IMG/VR virus record: IMGVR_UViG_3300037067_027684
Location: 160,001 to 224,000 of that record
Strand: one strand, 5' to 3'
Source of the DNA: a virus
Taxonomy: Duplodnaviria > Caudoviricetes
Length of the DNA: 64,000 bases
The notes under the pieces were generated by a model. That model made no database searches. It saw only the letters and a program-made list of their open reading frames with translations, and was not told the DNA's origin. This document shows positions 8,943 through 19,336 of this stretch, in pieces; position 1 is the stretch's first letter, and the number at the start of each line of letters is the position of its first letter. Position numbers and translations under genes: made by a program.

Positions 8943-9638
8943 TTATCGGCTCCGTTCGTATTTGTTGACAATATCGATGAGTCGGCGTTGAACTTTACCG
9001 TTGACTTGGAATTCTTTGTAGATTGGTTCTACTCCGGTTTTGATGCGTTGTGGGGCGACAGCGCCACTATATCTCCAGGTATAAACGTCTCGGTATCCCG
9101 TAATGATGCGGTGGTACCAGAGTCCTTTACGTCGGGCGTAGGTTTGGCCTTCGATTACGGTTACTTCTGCCACGAGTTTTTGGTGTGGTACTCGAACGCC
9201 TTGTTCTTTTACGTAGTAAGTCTCGAATTCTTGTGAGAAGCAGGATGGTTTTCGGTGTTGTTTCTTCCAGACTCTTCCGACTTTGCGGAGGATTCCGTTG
9301 GTGTCTACGAAGAATTTGTTCCATTCGTATGGGCCGGTTTGTTGTGGTGCTTTTGGGTCTCCTACGAGTTTGCTTGTAAAGAACCATTCGGGGTATTGGT
9401 TCAGGTGAGATGGGATTTTCTGGATGACTTTCTTTCAGGGTTTTCCGATGTTGTTGTTGAGGTAGCGCAGGAGTGGTGCGTAGCTGTATCCTGCGGGGTG
9501 TACGGTGTCGCGTGGGCGCATTCTTTCGCGGCTTGGGGAGTTTTCCCATTGGTTTTTGGCGTACAGGTTGTTTAGGCGGGCGTAGCCTTTTTCAGCGTCT
9601 TTGTTTTTTGCGCATTTTGGTGAGTCTCTTAGGCTCAT
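8943..9638 (-). pseudogene. gene interrupted by in-frame TGA at 9435-9437
   Basis: ORFs 9435-9638 and 8943-9173 are in one frame joined by 87 open codons; context NIGKP*KKV. Confidence 0.6.
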
Positions 9639-9999
9639 TGTGGTCTCCTTTCATCTCAAATTCTGCTAGTGCTAGAACTGAACAGGATGGACACAACATT
9701 TGTGGATCTTTACCATATTTTGTCCAACTCCTTGCTCCTTTGTTTCCGCAAACATATGGGCCGTTGAGGTATTCACAATTCATATTTCGATTATCCAGCC
9801 TTCTGGATTCTTCAGGAATTCCGCTTGAGATTTCCTGTCTTTGCCCATCAGAAACCAACCACTTTTGGTGCCTTTTACGAAGAAAATTACGTGTTTTGCG
9901 GCTTTGGTTCTGTTGGCTTTACTGAGTAGTTCAAAGGCTTCTTTGTAGTTTTTGCGTTTGGCGATTACAAATTCGGTGAATAGGCAAATTTTCTTCATG

Positions 10000-10260
10000 T
10001 TATTCTCCTTTCTCCAGTTTGATCCACCAGCATTCTGATCCCCATAGAGTAGTTCCATCGTCCAAAGTTATACGTATTCTCCCTTTGATTTCTTCAGCGA
10101 ATCCTTTCTTACCGACGTGGGGTTTAGATTCTGGCGGAGTTCTGGCTACCAGATATGGCTTTTTGCCGCCTTTGGGGCGTAGGGCTAATCCGTCTGGGTC
10201 GATGACTTTGCAGCGGCATGGCACCCAGTCACTACCGGCTTGTTTCTTTGGTTTCTTCAT
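10000..10260 (-). CDS. hypothetical protein
   Basis: GAGG RBS + ATG. Confidence 0.65.
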   Translation of the reverse strand: MKKPKKQAGSDWVPCRCKVIDPDGLALRPKGGKKPYLVARTPPESKPHVGKKGFAEEIKGRIRITLDDGTTLWGSECWWIKLEKGE

Positions 10261-10362
10261 TTTATCCTCTCACAAGTTGTTGGATTATCGTTCCTATGAC
10301 AATTGCCAATACTGCTAGTGAGAGTGTCGAAATCATAATTAGGTCGATGGTTTCTATTTTAA

Positions 10363-10710
10363 TCATTTAAGTGCTTCCTTTGCTTTTGCTGCGATTATGC
10401 TGAAGTCGTGGCCATTGGTGGAATCGAGATGGAGTTGTTGTGCTGTGACGATTGAGACATTGTATTCCTTCGCCACTGCTTCGCAGGCTTCTAGGATTTT
10501 CTTGAGAGTTTCGTATTTGGCTAATTCTTCGTCTCGATAGGGTCCGAGTTCAATGCTGCGAGGCCAGTCGGAGATGTCATAGGTTCCTAATTCGATGTGG
10601 ATGTCTCCTTCTTGGTCGAAGTAGACATTCATTACGTAGCTGCTGCTTTTGTCGGCTCCTGTGATCTTTTTGAGTTTGAGGAAGATTTTATGAATTTCTG
10701 TCCAGGTCAT
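10363..10710 (-). CDS. hypothetical protein
   Basis: tiling ORF. Confidence 0.65.
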   Translation of the reverse strand: MTWTEIHKIFLKLKKITGADKSSSYVMNVYFDQEGDIHIELGTYDISDWPRSIELGPYRDEELAKYETLKKILEACEAVAKEYNVSIVTAQQLHLDSTNGHDFSIIAAKAKEALK

Positions 10711-11083
10711 ATGCTTGCCCTCGTGTTGTCATCCACTTTCGGTAGACATCTTCTACACAATCCGTTGGCTTCACTTTGACTAACGTTTCGTTGAACTTCA
10801 TCCAAACATCTTCTTCTACTGCTCTTTTGACGAATTGGATAACCTCGTCGGTAGCTTTGCCAAATTCTTCTCCAAAGTTTGGGGTCACAACCCACTCCAT
10901 ATTATCGTTTAGATCGAGAGATGCAAACATTGGTTTGAAGGTGTTCAGATAATCTACGTCAACTCGTGGGAATAGTAGTCTCTTGATTCCATCTGGGGTG
11001 AGTTTGGTTTTAGGTATTGGTGCTGTGACATTGGTTTGTGTTAATGTTTCTCCAATGTCTAGTGTTCTGTCTCCTAGTTCCAT
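10688..11083 (-). CDS. hypothetical protein with N-terminal ELGDRTLD tag
   Basis: MELGDRTLDIG; weak similarity to 11093-11419 (EDxWxKFN). Confidence 0.75.
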   Translation of the reverse strand: MELGDRTLDIGETLTQTNVTAPIPKTKLTPDGIKRLLFPRVDVDYLNTFKPMFASLDLNDNMEWVVTPNFGEEFGKATDEVIQFVKRAVEEDVWMKFNETLVKVKPTDCVEDVYRKWMTTRGQAYDLDRNS

Positions 11084-11092
11084 GTTATTCTC

Positions 11093-11419
11093 CTAGATTG
11101 TGTCGTTGGTTGAAATCCAGTCATTATAATAAGCGTAAGTATCAAGTAATGGGTCATCATTAAGGTCAATTCGAAGCATACATCTGTTGAACTTTAACCA
11201 TGTGTCTTCACCTGATTCTCGTGCATAGATTCTGCTATTCCGGACTGCTTCTAGAATTGGTGTGCCACCTAATGGTTCAAGGATGTGCTTGCCGTTATCG
11301 AATATGATTTGGTATAATCCTAACCTAGTCAGCGTTTCTCTACTCGCGTAGAATTTACGCTTTATGGGTTGGGGTTGTGGTGGTACCCCAAGGTCCAATG
11401 TTCTATCGCCTAGTTCCAT
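11093..11419 (-). CDS. hypothetical protein with N-terminal ELGDRTLD tag
   Basis: MELGDRTLDLG. Confidence 0.75.
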   Translation of the reverse strand: MELGDRTLDLGVPPQPQPIKRKFYASRETLTRLGLYQIIFDNGKHILEPLGGTPILEAVRNSRIYARESGEDTWLKFNRCMLRIDLNDDPLLDTYAYYNDWISTNDTI

Positions 11420-11633
11420 TTAAGTCCTGCTCTTTAGCCAGTGTGGGAAGAAAAGATTTTTCATTAGGAGATCTTTTAACTCCTTGTCATTTACCTTTCT
11501 TTTAAGAGCTTCTTTAATCTCAAGACTGATTTGGTTACTGAATAACATAGAATAGCCTTTTTCATCTGTGATTAGATAGCCGACACAATCTCCGATTGAG
11601 ACATCTGTTAACCGGAACTTCTTGCTATTAAGT

Positions 11634-12080
11634 TTAAGATTGCGTGTCATGTTTTGCCTTTTGTGCCTTCCCAAATGCGGCCCATTCCTTACATTTGGTG
11701 AGGGCTTCTTCGCGGGTCAAGCCTGTAATATAGTACTGTTGTTTCCACTCCTTCCAGTAAACTTCCCTAGAATGAAGCTTAACTCGCCACTCTGATTTGC
11801 GGTTTACATTCCGCCAAAATTCTCCATACCAATTTGACTTATCAGCAGCCGCCCAGATAGAACCAGTGAAGTTAAGATTATTAATGTGGTCATCTCCGTT
11901 CACATCTCCACGGAGGCAGACTCCTTTGTAGACTTCGTTGACCATATTTGCGTAACTTATTTGTTCATTGAGATTTTCTAGTTGGCCTGTGAGTTTCTCG
12001 AACTTCTTTTCGAGATTTTGATGCTTCTGTTTAAGCGTTTTCTTTTGTTTAAACAGTCGTAGGAGTGTGGCGTTAGTCAT
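11634..12080 (-). CDS. hypothetical protein, N-terminal coiled coil
   Basis: GAGGA RBS before MTNAT. Confidence 0.6.
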   Translation of the reverse strand: MTNATLLRLFKQKKTLKQKHQNLEKKFEKLTGQLENLNEQISYANMVNEVYKGVCLRGDVNGDDHINNLNFTGSIWAAADKSNWYGEFWRNVNRKSEWRVKLHSREVYWKEWKQQYYITGLTREEALTKCKEWAAFGKAQKAKHDTQS

Positions 12081-12591
12081 TTTCTGTGTCCTCTTCTTCG
12101 ATTTCTTCATCTTCTTCGTCGAAGTCATCTTCGTCTTCGTCGTCAGAGTGGTCAGTCACAATTTGCACATCGCCGATGATTGCATTCCCAGCAGAAATCC
12201 CAACTAGACCATCAAGAGTGCCATCAAGAGTGACTTCAACGCCTGTGTGGTTATTGTTTTTAGGGATTAGTTCCTTAGGAATAACTGCTACCTTACCGGA
12301 GTCAACGCCAAACTCGCCAATCATAATACCACTTTGGTAAACCGGATAAGAACCATCTCCGTAAGCTGTGCCAAACATAAGAATTGTCTTGCCGTCCTTC
12401 TCGCAGGTCACCCAGTCGTGGCCACAGTTATTGGGGTATTTGTCCCATTCCCACATTTTGTGGATTTCGTCCCAAGCCTTAGACGAGTGATGCAAGCTAC
12501 CCCAGATGTAGCATGGGTCGATGATCACATATTCACCCTTAAGGTGAAGTTTCTGGGGTTGATGTTGCCCACCTTTGACGTTGGTAAACAT
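12073..12591 (-). CDS. DUF4241-like protein with acidic tail
   Basis: IIDPCY, AYGDGSYPVY and GVDSG motifs. Confidence 0.55.
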   Translation of the reverse strand: MFTNVKGGQHQPQKLHLKGEYVIIDPCYIWGSLHHSSKAWDEIHKMWEWDKYPNNCGHDWVTCEKDGKTILMFGTAYGDGSYPVYQSGIMIGEFGVDSGKVAVIPKELIPKNNNHTGVEVTLDGTLDGLVGISAGNAIIGDVQIVTDHSDDEDEDDFDEEDEEIEEEDTEND

Positions 12592-12821
12592 GTTCTCTCC
12601 TTAGTAGTGACCTGTGTGAAGCATTGAATCTGAGTATTTCTTCCTTGCTACTTCAAACCAAGCTGGCGTATTCCTTGGGCGGGTGAGTTTGATATCGACG
12701 TAGAACGCACCCTTACTGTCTCCGCTCAATTTGCGGATTCTTTGTTTCCTCTTAAAGAGGACGCTCTCTTCAGGGGAGAGTGTTATGGTTGTTTCTTTGG
12801 TGCGTGGGTTATATCCTATTG

Positions 12822-13160
12822 TCACTTTTGATTCCTCCATTGTATTGGGCGTTTGTGTTCGGGGAAGCGATCCCAGTATGCTTTCCAGAAGAGTATTCGT
12901 GTTGTTTTGCTTTCATAAGTGTAATTAGGGGAATCTTTGGCTTTGTCCTTCTGGAGTTTGTCGAAGATGGACACTAGGCGTGTGAAGGAGCTTTTGCGTC
13001 CTAGTTTTTTGTTCATGGTGACATCACTATAGGAGCTAAGGAAGTTTTCATTATCGATTTTGCCATTAGTGCTTAGCATGCAGATGGTTATGTTGCCTGT
13101 GGGGCCTGGGATGTGGTGCCACCAGACTCGGTATTCGTTGTTGTTGGCTTTGATGATCAT
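12822..13160 (-). CDS. hypothetical protein
   Basis: ATGA overlap. Confidence 0.65.
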   Translation of the reverse strand: MIIKANNNEYRVWWHHIPGPTGNITICMLSTNGKIDNENFLSSYSDVTMNKKLGRKSSFTRLVSIFDKLQKDKAKDSPNYTYESKTTRILFWKAYWDRFPEHKRPIQWRNQK

Positions 13161-13873
13161 AGTCTTGCTTCCGCTCCTGTGCTCACGCTGGTTCTGGTTG
13201 ATTCCAACCTTATCATGACTTGGGTTAATGCTTTGTCGTAAGACCCTGGGTATTCACCAGTGGAGGTTACTACCATTTCTGCTGCCTTATCTGATAGGAT
13301 TACTCTGCGTAATCTACTATCACTGAGACAGTTATTGCCAACCACATCCAATATTCTATAGACTATTTTGACGATATTGTTATCTGACAGCAAAATCTGC
13401 TTCTCTTCTAGAACATAGGCCCATAGGATGAACTTGTCATCCTTGAAGTCAATGTACCATGTTCCATCGGGAATTGGGGTTTCATATTTCTTCTTCAATG
13501 CAGCTAATTGCTCTCGCTCTTCTTTCTCTCGGCGTTCTCGTGTTTTCTTAGAAAAATCTAAGATTTCGGCCAAGAGTCTTGACGCTGCTTCTTTGCAGAG
13601 TTTTTCACGATTTTCACAGCCAACCAATATATCGAGTCCGATTTGGACATCTACGCAATCATCTGATAGTGTGATGTGTTTTTCTGAGAAGTTTTCTTCT
13701 GTTATGTATTCGCCCAATTTGCCAAAGTCAGTCTTGATTGTTAGTTCGTCCATTTCGAAGTCGCATTTTGGGTCTTTTTCTACGCCTTCTTTGATTTGGG
13801 CTGCGATAAAATCGAGTGTTTGGTGGAATTTAGGCCATGTTTGTAGGAAGCTGATGAGTTCTGGTTTAGTCAT
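13157..13873 (-). CDS. hypothetical protein
   Basis: 238-aa ORF overlapping polX stop. Confidence 0.7.
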   Translation of the reverse strand: MTKPELISFLQTWPKFHQTLDFIAAQIKEGVEKDPKCDFEMDELTIKTDFGKLGEYITEENFSEKHITLSDDCVDVQIGLDILVGCENREKLCKEAASRLLAEILDFSKKTRERREKEEREQLAALKKKYETPIPDGTWYIDFKDDKFILWAYVLEEKQILLSDNNIVKIVYRILDVVGNNCLSDSRLRRVILSDKAAEMVVTSTGEYPGSYDKALTQVMIRLESTRTSVSTGAEARL

Positions 13874-14349
13874 TTTCCTCTCCTGCTTGGTTCTTTGTAC
13901 GGCATACCAAATGCCGCGTAGATACTTTCTTCCGTCTCTCCTGCGATCTTCACGTTATTCTTATCGAAGAGGCCATATTGGTTAAGTAGGTATCCTTTGG
14001 TTTTCGACTTCAATCTCATACCTATTGTTGAACCTTTCGGCCCAGTCATATAGAGAAGCAATGCTCCCCAATAGGAGGGTTCGCCTCTGTAGCAGTTGAC
14101 TTGCATGCCTTGGTAGATGAAGGTGACGTGGGTGTCGCCGGATTCCTTGATTTCGATGCCTGGGATTTGTGGGATTAGGCGTAGGTCGCCTTGGATTGCT
14201 ACGTCTAGGTCTCCGATTGTTTGTTCGCCGCGTCTGAGTGAGCCGCAGAACATGATTTCTGCGAAGCCGATGTTTTTCATTGCGGTTCGGAGTTCGCCTG
14301 AGATGCGGAGTGCTTCGGCTCGTGGTGTTGCTGTTTTGTAGCTAGGCAT
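13870..14349 (-). CDS. polX: minimal DNA polymerase X (nucleotidyltransferase palm + thumb only)
   Basis: GSLRRGEQTIGDLD, YMTG, LNQYGL, TEESIYAAFGMPYKEPSRR. Confidence 0.9.
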   Translation of the reverse strand: MPSYKTATPRAEALRISGELRTAMKNIGFAEIMFCGSLRRGEQTIGDLDVAIQGDLRLIPQIPGIEIKESGDTHVTFIYQGMQVNCYRGEPSYWGALLLYMTGPKGSTIGMRLKSKTKGYLLNQYGLFDKNNVKIAGETEESIYAAFGMPYKEPSRRGK

Positions 14350-14677
14350 TCTTATCTCCTGGGATGTCTTTCGCAGTTATGAATCCAAGTTCTGTGGCCA
14401 GCTCAATGGCATATTCAAAACCATCGGTATCGCAACAGCGAAGAGCATCGATTAAAGAGTCAATATCAAGAGCCAACTCAAGTTCTTTTGAAGATAGCCT
14501 TTTCTTAGAGGCGATGTACCAAGTGTCACCACCAAAGTCAATATAATCATTCATAAAACAACGAACTTTGGTCTTGGGCGGTGTGTCGATGTCAATGCCC
14601 ATAATTTCCATCTTCTTAATGGCTACGTTGGCCTTTTTGAGGAGTAATTTCTTGAATTCTTTCCATTTCTTGTTCAT
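14342..14677 (-). CDS. hypothetical protein
   Basis: AGGAG RBS. Confidence 0.65.
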   Translation of the reverse strand: MNKKWKEFKKLLLKKANVAIKKMEIMGIDIDTPPKTKVRCFMNDYIDFGGDTWYIASKKRLSSKELELALDIDSLIDALRCCDTDGFEYAIELATELGFITAKDIPGDKNA

Positions 14678-14686
14678 TCTTATCTC

Positions 14687-14929
14687 CTAGAAAGATGGAT
14701 TATGGATAATCCAGGTTCGGCCTGTTCCATCGGCAGAAACGCAAAGGGTATCCCATCGGGAGACTTCTCGGGGATGTTCTTTGCAGTATTGGCACTGACA
14801 GCCACTACCCATTGTGGCACTTATTGTTTCTGCGAGCGAGGGTGGGATTCGGATGTAGATGGATTTACCGTCTTTGGATTTACTAACTGGTTGGTGGCTT
14901 AAGTCTCTGATTGGGGGTCTCTTTTTCAT
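14687..14929 (-). CDS. small Cys-containing hypothetical protein
   Basis: AAGGAG RBS; CQCQYC. Confidence 0.6.
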   Translation of the reverse strand: MKKRPPIRDLSHQPVSKSKDGKSIYIRIPPSLAETISATMGSGCQCQYCKEHPREVSRWDTLCVSADGTGRTWIIHNPSF

Positions 14930-14984
14930 GTTCTACTCCTTATTTCCATTGAGGAAATGTTGGTAATCTCTAGTTTTCTCGATC

Positions 14985-15479
14985 TCACCTTCCCCAACGC
15001 CGATCTTCTTCCTGTTTGCGAACTGTTTTGAGTATTTCGACTTGGGGTGATTCGATTTTGAATGTTCGGACTGCCGGTAGCCATGCGAAACTTGTGATTG
15101 TCTCCTCGTGTTCCAGCACGATCCTCTGTAGTGCATCGTACCAGCAGGAGTCGTGGGATGTAACAAATTCCCAATTCTCCCAATTGAACTTGTGTTCAAT
15201 AAAACCGTCTGAGGGTCCAATCTTCTTGTAGATTGAGATGTAGTTGCTTGGGGCGTAGATGAGGATGCCGAGCCAGGGGAGTGGCTTGATGTTGTCGTAG
15301 ACTTCGTTCCATTCTTCTCGTCGGAATCCGATGAACCCTACTTGTTCTCGTCTGATTTTGTCGAATGGTCCTTTGGTGTATTTCTCTTCGATTTGTTGAC
15401 GTAGGCTCCAGAGGAGCATGTGGTACATTTCTGTGTGTTTTCGAACGAGTAGTTCTGGCTTTGATCCTATTGTAAGCAT
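14985..15479 (-). CDS. hypothetical protein
   Basis: AAGGAG RBS before MLTIGS. Confidence 0.6.
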   Translation of the reverse strand: MLTIGSKPELLVRKHTEMYHMLLWSLRQQIEEKYTKGPFDKIRREQVGFIGFRREEWNEVYDNIKPLPWLGILIYAPSNYISIYKKIGPSDGFIEHKFNWENWEFVTSHDSCWYDALQRIVLEHEETITSFAWLPAVRTFKIESPQVEILKTVRKQEEDRRWGR

Positions 15480-16253
15480 TTGGGTGCTCCTTTTATTGCG
15501 TGGGTTTGATTCGTCTTCTAGGAGATTTCTTTCTTTCCGCCATGTCCGTATTTCCTTGCATTGCGAGCAATCTGCACGCATGTTACAGCATGCTCATAGG
15601 TGCGTGGTACTTGATAGCCATGCCAAGCTGAGATTGCGTGATGGTCACGAATAGCTTTCTTGGCAATTTCTTTTGCATTCTTTGCGTACTTGGTATGTTC
15701 CATGATCTTAATTCCTCTCGTTATTTCTGGAAGATCCCGAATTTGTTCCCACAGGGTCTGACTTCAAGGTGTTCTGATTCGGCGTTGAAGTCTTTAGCGC
15801 ATTGTAGAATTCGGCAACGAAGTTCTTGGTCGGGTGTTTCGCCTGCTGCTCCAGCCATTGTGACGTAGTTGGCGTGGATTTCAATAAGCAGGGATATTGC
15901 TCCGACGTATTTGGTTTTCAGGGGGAAGTCCATTTTGTTATCCTTTCATGGGTTGACCGGCTTTGGTTAGCCGGTTGTGTTCGTCTTTGAGAGCGTCTTT
16001 AAGCTTATCGGCCCATTCTCGGTCTGTGAGTTTTGAGCCTGCTTGTTTGAATGTGTTGATGAGGTGTGCTAGGTCATGCAGGTATGCTTGTTTGAGCATT
16101 TGACTCTCCTTCTGTTTCTGAATTCTTGTATGATCATTCGCATTTCTCTACGGGCTGCTGAATGGATTCCACCAAGGCGGTAGAATCGGAAGGCTATGTC
16201 CAATTCCACGGGGCTGAATCCTGAGTAGAAGGTTATTCGCATTTTGGATCTCC

Positions 16254-16622
16254 TTAATCTTCGGAAGGCCAGTAATTATTTTCAACCATAAGGTTGAATA
16301 TTTCGTTTTCGGCATCGGGGTTGTTTGCGACTTGCGCCATGACTTTAATTTCTTTATGAAGATTACTAAATTCTTTGGTTGCCAGATATTCAGTTGCTGT
16401 TGGGGGCACACCAGCTTCGTTTGTGTAAGGCGCACCATCTTTGATTTCGTCTTTTTCGGAGGGGGCAAAGACTACGAAATCCACGTCAACGAATCGTACG
16501 CCGAGTGGTCCTTTCGCTCTTTCACGAACCCAGGTGAATGCTTCTTTGAGCTTTTCCTTCATTTGTTTTGGACTGATGAATCCTTCTGTACTAAAAACAA
16601 TGGCCACTGCATTCTTAGACAT
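16254..16622 (-). CDS. hypothetical protein
   Basis: AGGAGATCCAAAATG start, directly downstream of GC-rich element 2. Confidence 0.7.
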   Translation of the reverse strand: MSKNAVAIVFSTEGFISPKQMKEKLKEAFTWVRERAKGPLGVRFVDVDFVVFAPSEKDEIKDGAPYTNEAGVPPTATEYLATKEFSNLHKEIKVMAQVANNPDAENEIFNLMVENNYWPSED

Positions 16623-16640
16623 TTTGGATCTCCTTTTCTC

Positions 16641-16771
16641 GCTGCGCGGGCAGCGGACGGGCGGCACGCGCCGGATTTTGCCGGTAATTGAGCGTCGTTT
16701 ACGATCCCGTAAGCGGCGTGGCGGGGCGGTATGCGGGTACCACCAGCCGGTAGTTTGGTGGTCCTGTTTAC
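16641..16771 (-). repeat. GC-rich ~130-bp dispersed element, copy 2
   Basis: GTAAAC-N24-GGTACCCGCATACCGCC...TCAATTACCGGCAAAATCCGG. Confidence 0.85.
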
Positions 16772-17346
16772 GGAGTTCCGATGGTCGAACATTTCTTGAA
16801 TGTTGTTGAAAGCACGAAGTTAGCCGTGGCAATCGGGCCAAATCCGAAACCAAGGCCATTGATTGCGTGTGAGAAAATAATTTGATGATATCTCTCTCGA
16901 TATCTGGCGCAGAGTCCTGCAAAGCGCCGGTTTGCCTCTAGAAAAATCAGAGTTCTTGTATGATCATTCGCATTTTGCGGGCTGATGTGTGGATTTCCGA
17001 TGTATCCAAATTCCCAACGTGGGGAAATTTTCATATTGTCTGGGAACCAGAAATTACTGTTGGTGAACAGTCTATGTCCTTTTCTTAGTTGGTTCACTAG
17101 TTGGGCGTTGGTGTAGGTTTCGGATGGTTTGGTGTATTTCTTTTGGGTCATTGCGAATTGGAGCAATTCTCGGGCGATTTCCATGTCTGATTTTTCAATA
17201 TTGTTGAATAATTCTTGGAGGATTCTGAGAGCTGTGGGTTTGTCTTGGACAGTATATGCCCAGCAAGTACAATGTGGTAGATATGTCTTATAGGCGTGTT
17301 TCGAATTTAGCTTGTCTTCTTGGATTAAGCGTTTGAATTTTCTCAT
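16768..17346 (-). CDS. hypothetical protein
   Basis: AAGGAG RBS; its TAA is the start of element 2. Confidence 0.65.
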   Translation of the reverse strand: MRKFKRLIQEDKLNSKHAYKTYLPHCTCWAYTVQDKPTALRILQELFNNIEKSDMEIARELLQFAMTQKKYTKPSETYTNAQLVNQLRKGHRLFTNSNFWFPDNMKISPRWEFGYIGNPHISPQNANDHTRTLIFLEANRRFAGLCARYRERYHQIIFSHAINGLGFGFGPIATANFVLSTTFKKCSTIGTP

Positions 17347-17529
17347 TTATTTTCTCCTTGGTTTGTTGAGAAATCAGCTTGTTATTCCGTACCGGCACAA
17401 TGGCATCTGGTCACTTTTATGGGGAGCGAATGAACACTCCTCAAGGGAGCGTGTGGTGAGTATGTGATGTTGAGGAGATTTGACATGGACGTAAAGACAG
17501 CAAATGCTGCGTACCTAAAGGAGAGGAAA

Positions 17530-17850
17530 ATGTCAGATAAATGCCAGTCAGAAGAGCCAGAACCAAAATTGAGAAGTTTGGGTGACATTTCTGGTTTAAT
17601 AAAGGGGATATCTAGTAGGTTAGTTAATATTAATGTACGAGCAAGCCACTTACGTCGTAGTCTGATCGACTTTCCTGATGCCAATAAGGTAGCAGCTAAA
17701 GAAGCCAACATTGGCAAGCAGGATACTACCTTCCTCTTCGCTACTCTTCATGATCTTGGGGCAATTAGGATTGAACTTAACGAGCTTGAAAGTCATTTGG
17801 ATGCGCTTGAGAATGGTTGTAATTGGCGTGATGTAAAACAGAAAGATTAA
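17530..17850 (+). CDS. helical/coiled-coil protein, paralog of next gene
   Basis: GGAGAGG RBS; shared pattern ending LENxC. Confidence 0.65.
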   Translation: MSDKCQSEEPEPKLRSLGDISGLIKGISSRLVNINVRASHLRRSLIDFPDANKVAAKEANIGKQDTTFLFATLHDLGAIRIELNELESHLDALENGCNWRDVKQKD

Positions 17851-17861
17851 AGGGAGATCAC

Positions 17862-18176
17862 ATGACAGACCGACCTGAAGTAGAGAAAAAGTCAATCCAT
17901 CAAATTCTGCGTGAACAGGAAGATATCTGTAAGAGCTTGTCACATCTAAACAGGCGCTTAACTAATATAAGGACTAATCTTTTTGGATACGAGGACTTCG
18001 AAGAACCACATCCTGAAAGCTTCCTAGATAGGTCCTTGGACCTTATTAAAATCAGTAAGGATAATCTTAGTTGTCTCGATCACCAATTGAGAATTCTTGA
18101 GAATGTTTGTGGTGTTGCTGCTTGTGGTGAGGAGGGTATGGCAGCGACTGGTCCGCAAATTCCTAGGCGAATCTAG
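17862..18176 (+). CDS. helical/coiled-coil protein, paralog of previous gene
   Basis: GGGAG RBS; shared pattern ending LENxC. Confidence 0.65.
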   Translation: MTDRPEVEKKSIHQILREQEDICKSLSHLNRRLTNIRTNLFGYEDFEEPHPESFLDRSLDLIKISKDNLSCLDHQLRILENVCGVAACGEEGMAATGPQIPRRI

Positions 18177-18564
18177 AGAATCTAAGCGGCGGATACCTAG
18201 GAGATGAGTTGTGATCAATCAGTATCCATCTGTTTTCTACTTTGATCCAGAATGAATGTCCTGGTTGAAGAAAAACTTCTCCAAGTCTGAATGGGCCTGA
18301 GAAAACACCTGGATATTCTGGGTTCGTTCCAATTCCGACGAATAATTTTGCTGTCACGTATTGCCCTCGCACTGCTTGACGGATTTCATCGTCTGTTAAG
18401 CGTGGGTCGATGTTGTCTGATTCGATGATTTTTGATATATCGATGTTGTGCACACTCTTAAGGTCATAAATTGTTGCTTGTGATGGATATGCTGAGTAAT
18501 CGAGTTCGGTCGAAACTTTTACCTCTTTGACTCCTAGATCTAATGTTCTGTCACCTAATTCCAT
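18163..18564 (-). CDS. hypothetical protein with N-terminal ELGDRTLD tag
   Basis: MELGDRTLDLG. Confidence 0.7.
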   Translation of the reverse strand: MELGDRTLDLGVKEVKVSTELDYSAYPSQATIYDLKSVHNIDISKIIESDNIDPRLTDDEIRQAVRGQYVTAKLFVGIGTNPEYPGVFSGPFRLGEVFLQPGHSFWIKVENRWILIDHNSSPRYPPLRFSRFA

Positions 18565-18566
18565 GA

Positions 18567-18818
18567 TTAAACTCCAGGTTCTACCTTACGCTCAAGCAGG
18601 AAAACCACAATACCACCGTGATCATGTGTTCCTGATCTATGTGGTGAAATCATGTTAACGACTCGCCAGCCTTTGCTTAGGAAGCTATTAATAGAATCAG
18701 GACATTCACCTCTTGCATCAAGGTCATAAGTGACAACTAATTGTTCCATAATAGGAGGACGAGGTCCACCGAGTGGGGGAGGACGGGGTGGTGGAGGGAC
18801 TACTCTTCGTTCATTCAT
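18567..18818 (-). CDS. hypothetical protein, Pro-rich N-terminus
   Basis: tiling ORF. Confidence 0.55.
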   Translation of the reverse strand: MNERRVVPPPPRPPPLGGPRPPIMEQLVVTYDLDARGECPDSINSFLSKGWRVVNMISPHRSGTHDHGGIVVFLLERKVEPGV

Positions 18819-18973
18819 GTTGACCCTTTCGCCTCTTCTTCATCTGGCACCCGCACAAATACCAAATATAATAACAATCGCCACAACCTCGCTTTAGTGG
18901 CATAAAACTCCCGTCATAGTCCGGATGCTCTTTACAAGGCTTATATTTAGGTTTTCTGCTCAAACGCCAACTC

Positions 18974-19336
18974 CTATCTTGCCACCCACCAGACAGCATA
19001 GGTGTAAACACAGAAGCACACAGCAACCGCCCAAATGAGATGAATCACTGCCGCTGGTCCAAATATCCTCCCAGCGTTTTCAAGGAAGAGCCTGTTCCAT
19101 TCGCGTTTCTTATCGTTATCTAGCTGAATCGCACCAGCATCAGGGTGCTCACTTGGAAGCTTATAACCCTCAAAGCTTCCTCGAATTTCTGGTGGTATTG
19201 CAGCTAATGTCTTTATGACTGAGCATCGAGACTCTTCCTTTGCGGCTTCTGCTCGATCAGCTTGAGCCTTTGCTTCCAATAACTTGGCATCAGCCCCATC
19301 TCTTAATTCACCGTGTTTGATCGGTGTCCAGTTCAT
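18974..19336 (-). CDS. hypothetical membrane-anchored protein
   Basis: C-terminal hydrophobic segment. Confidence 0.6.
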   Translation of the reverse strand: MNWTPIKHGELRDGADAKLLEAKAQADRAEAAKEESRCSVIKTLAAIPPEIRGSFEGYKLPSEHPDAGAIQLDNDKKREWNRLFLENAGRIFGPAAVIHLIWAVAVCFCVYTYAVWWVAR

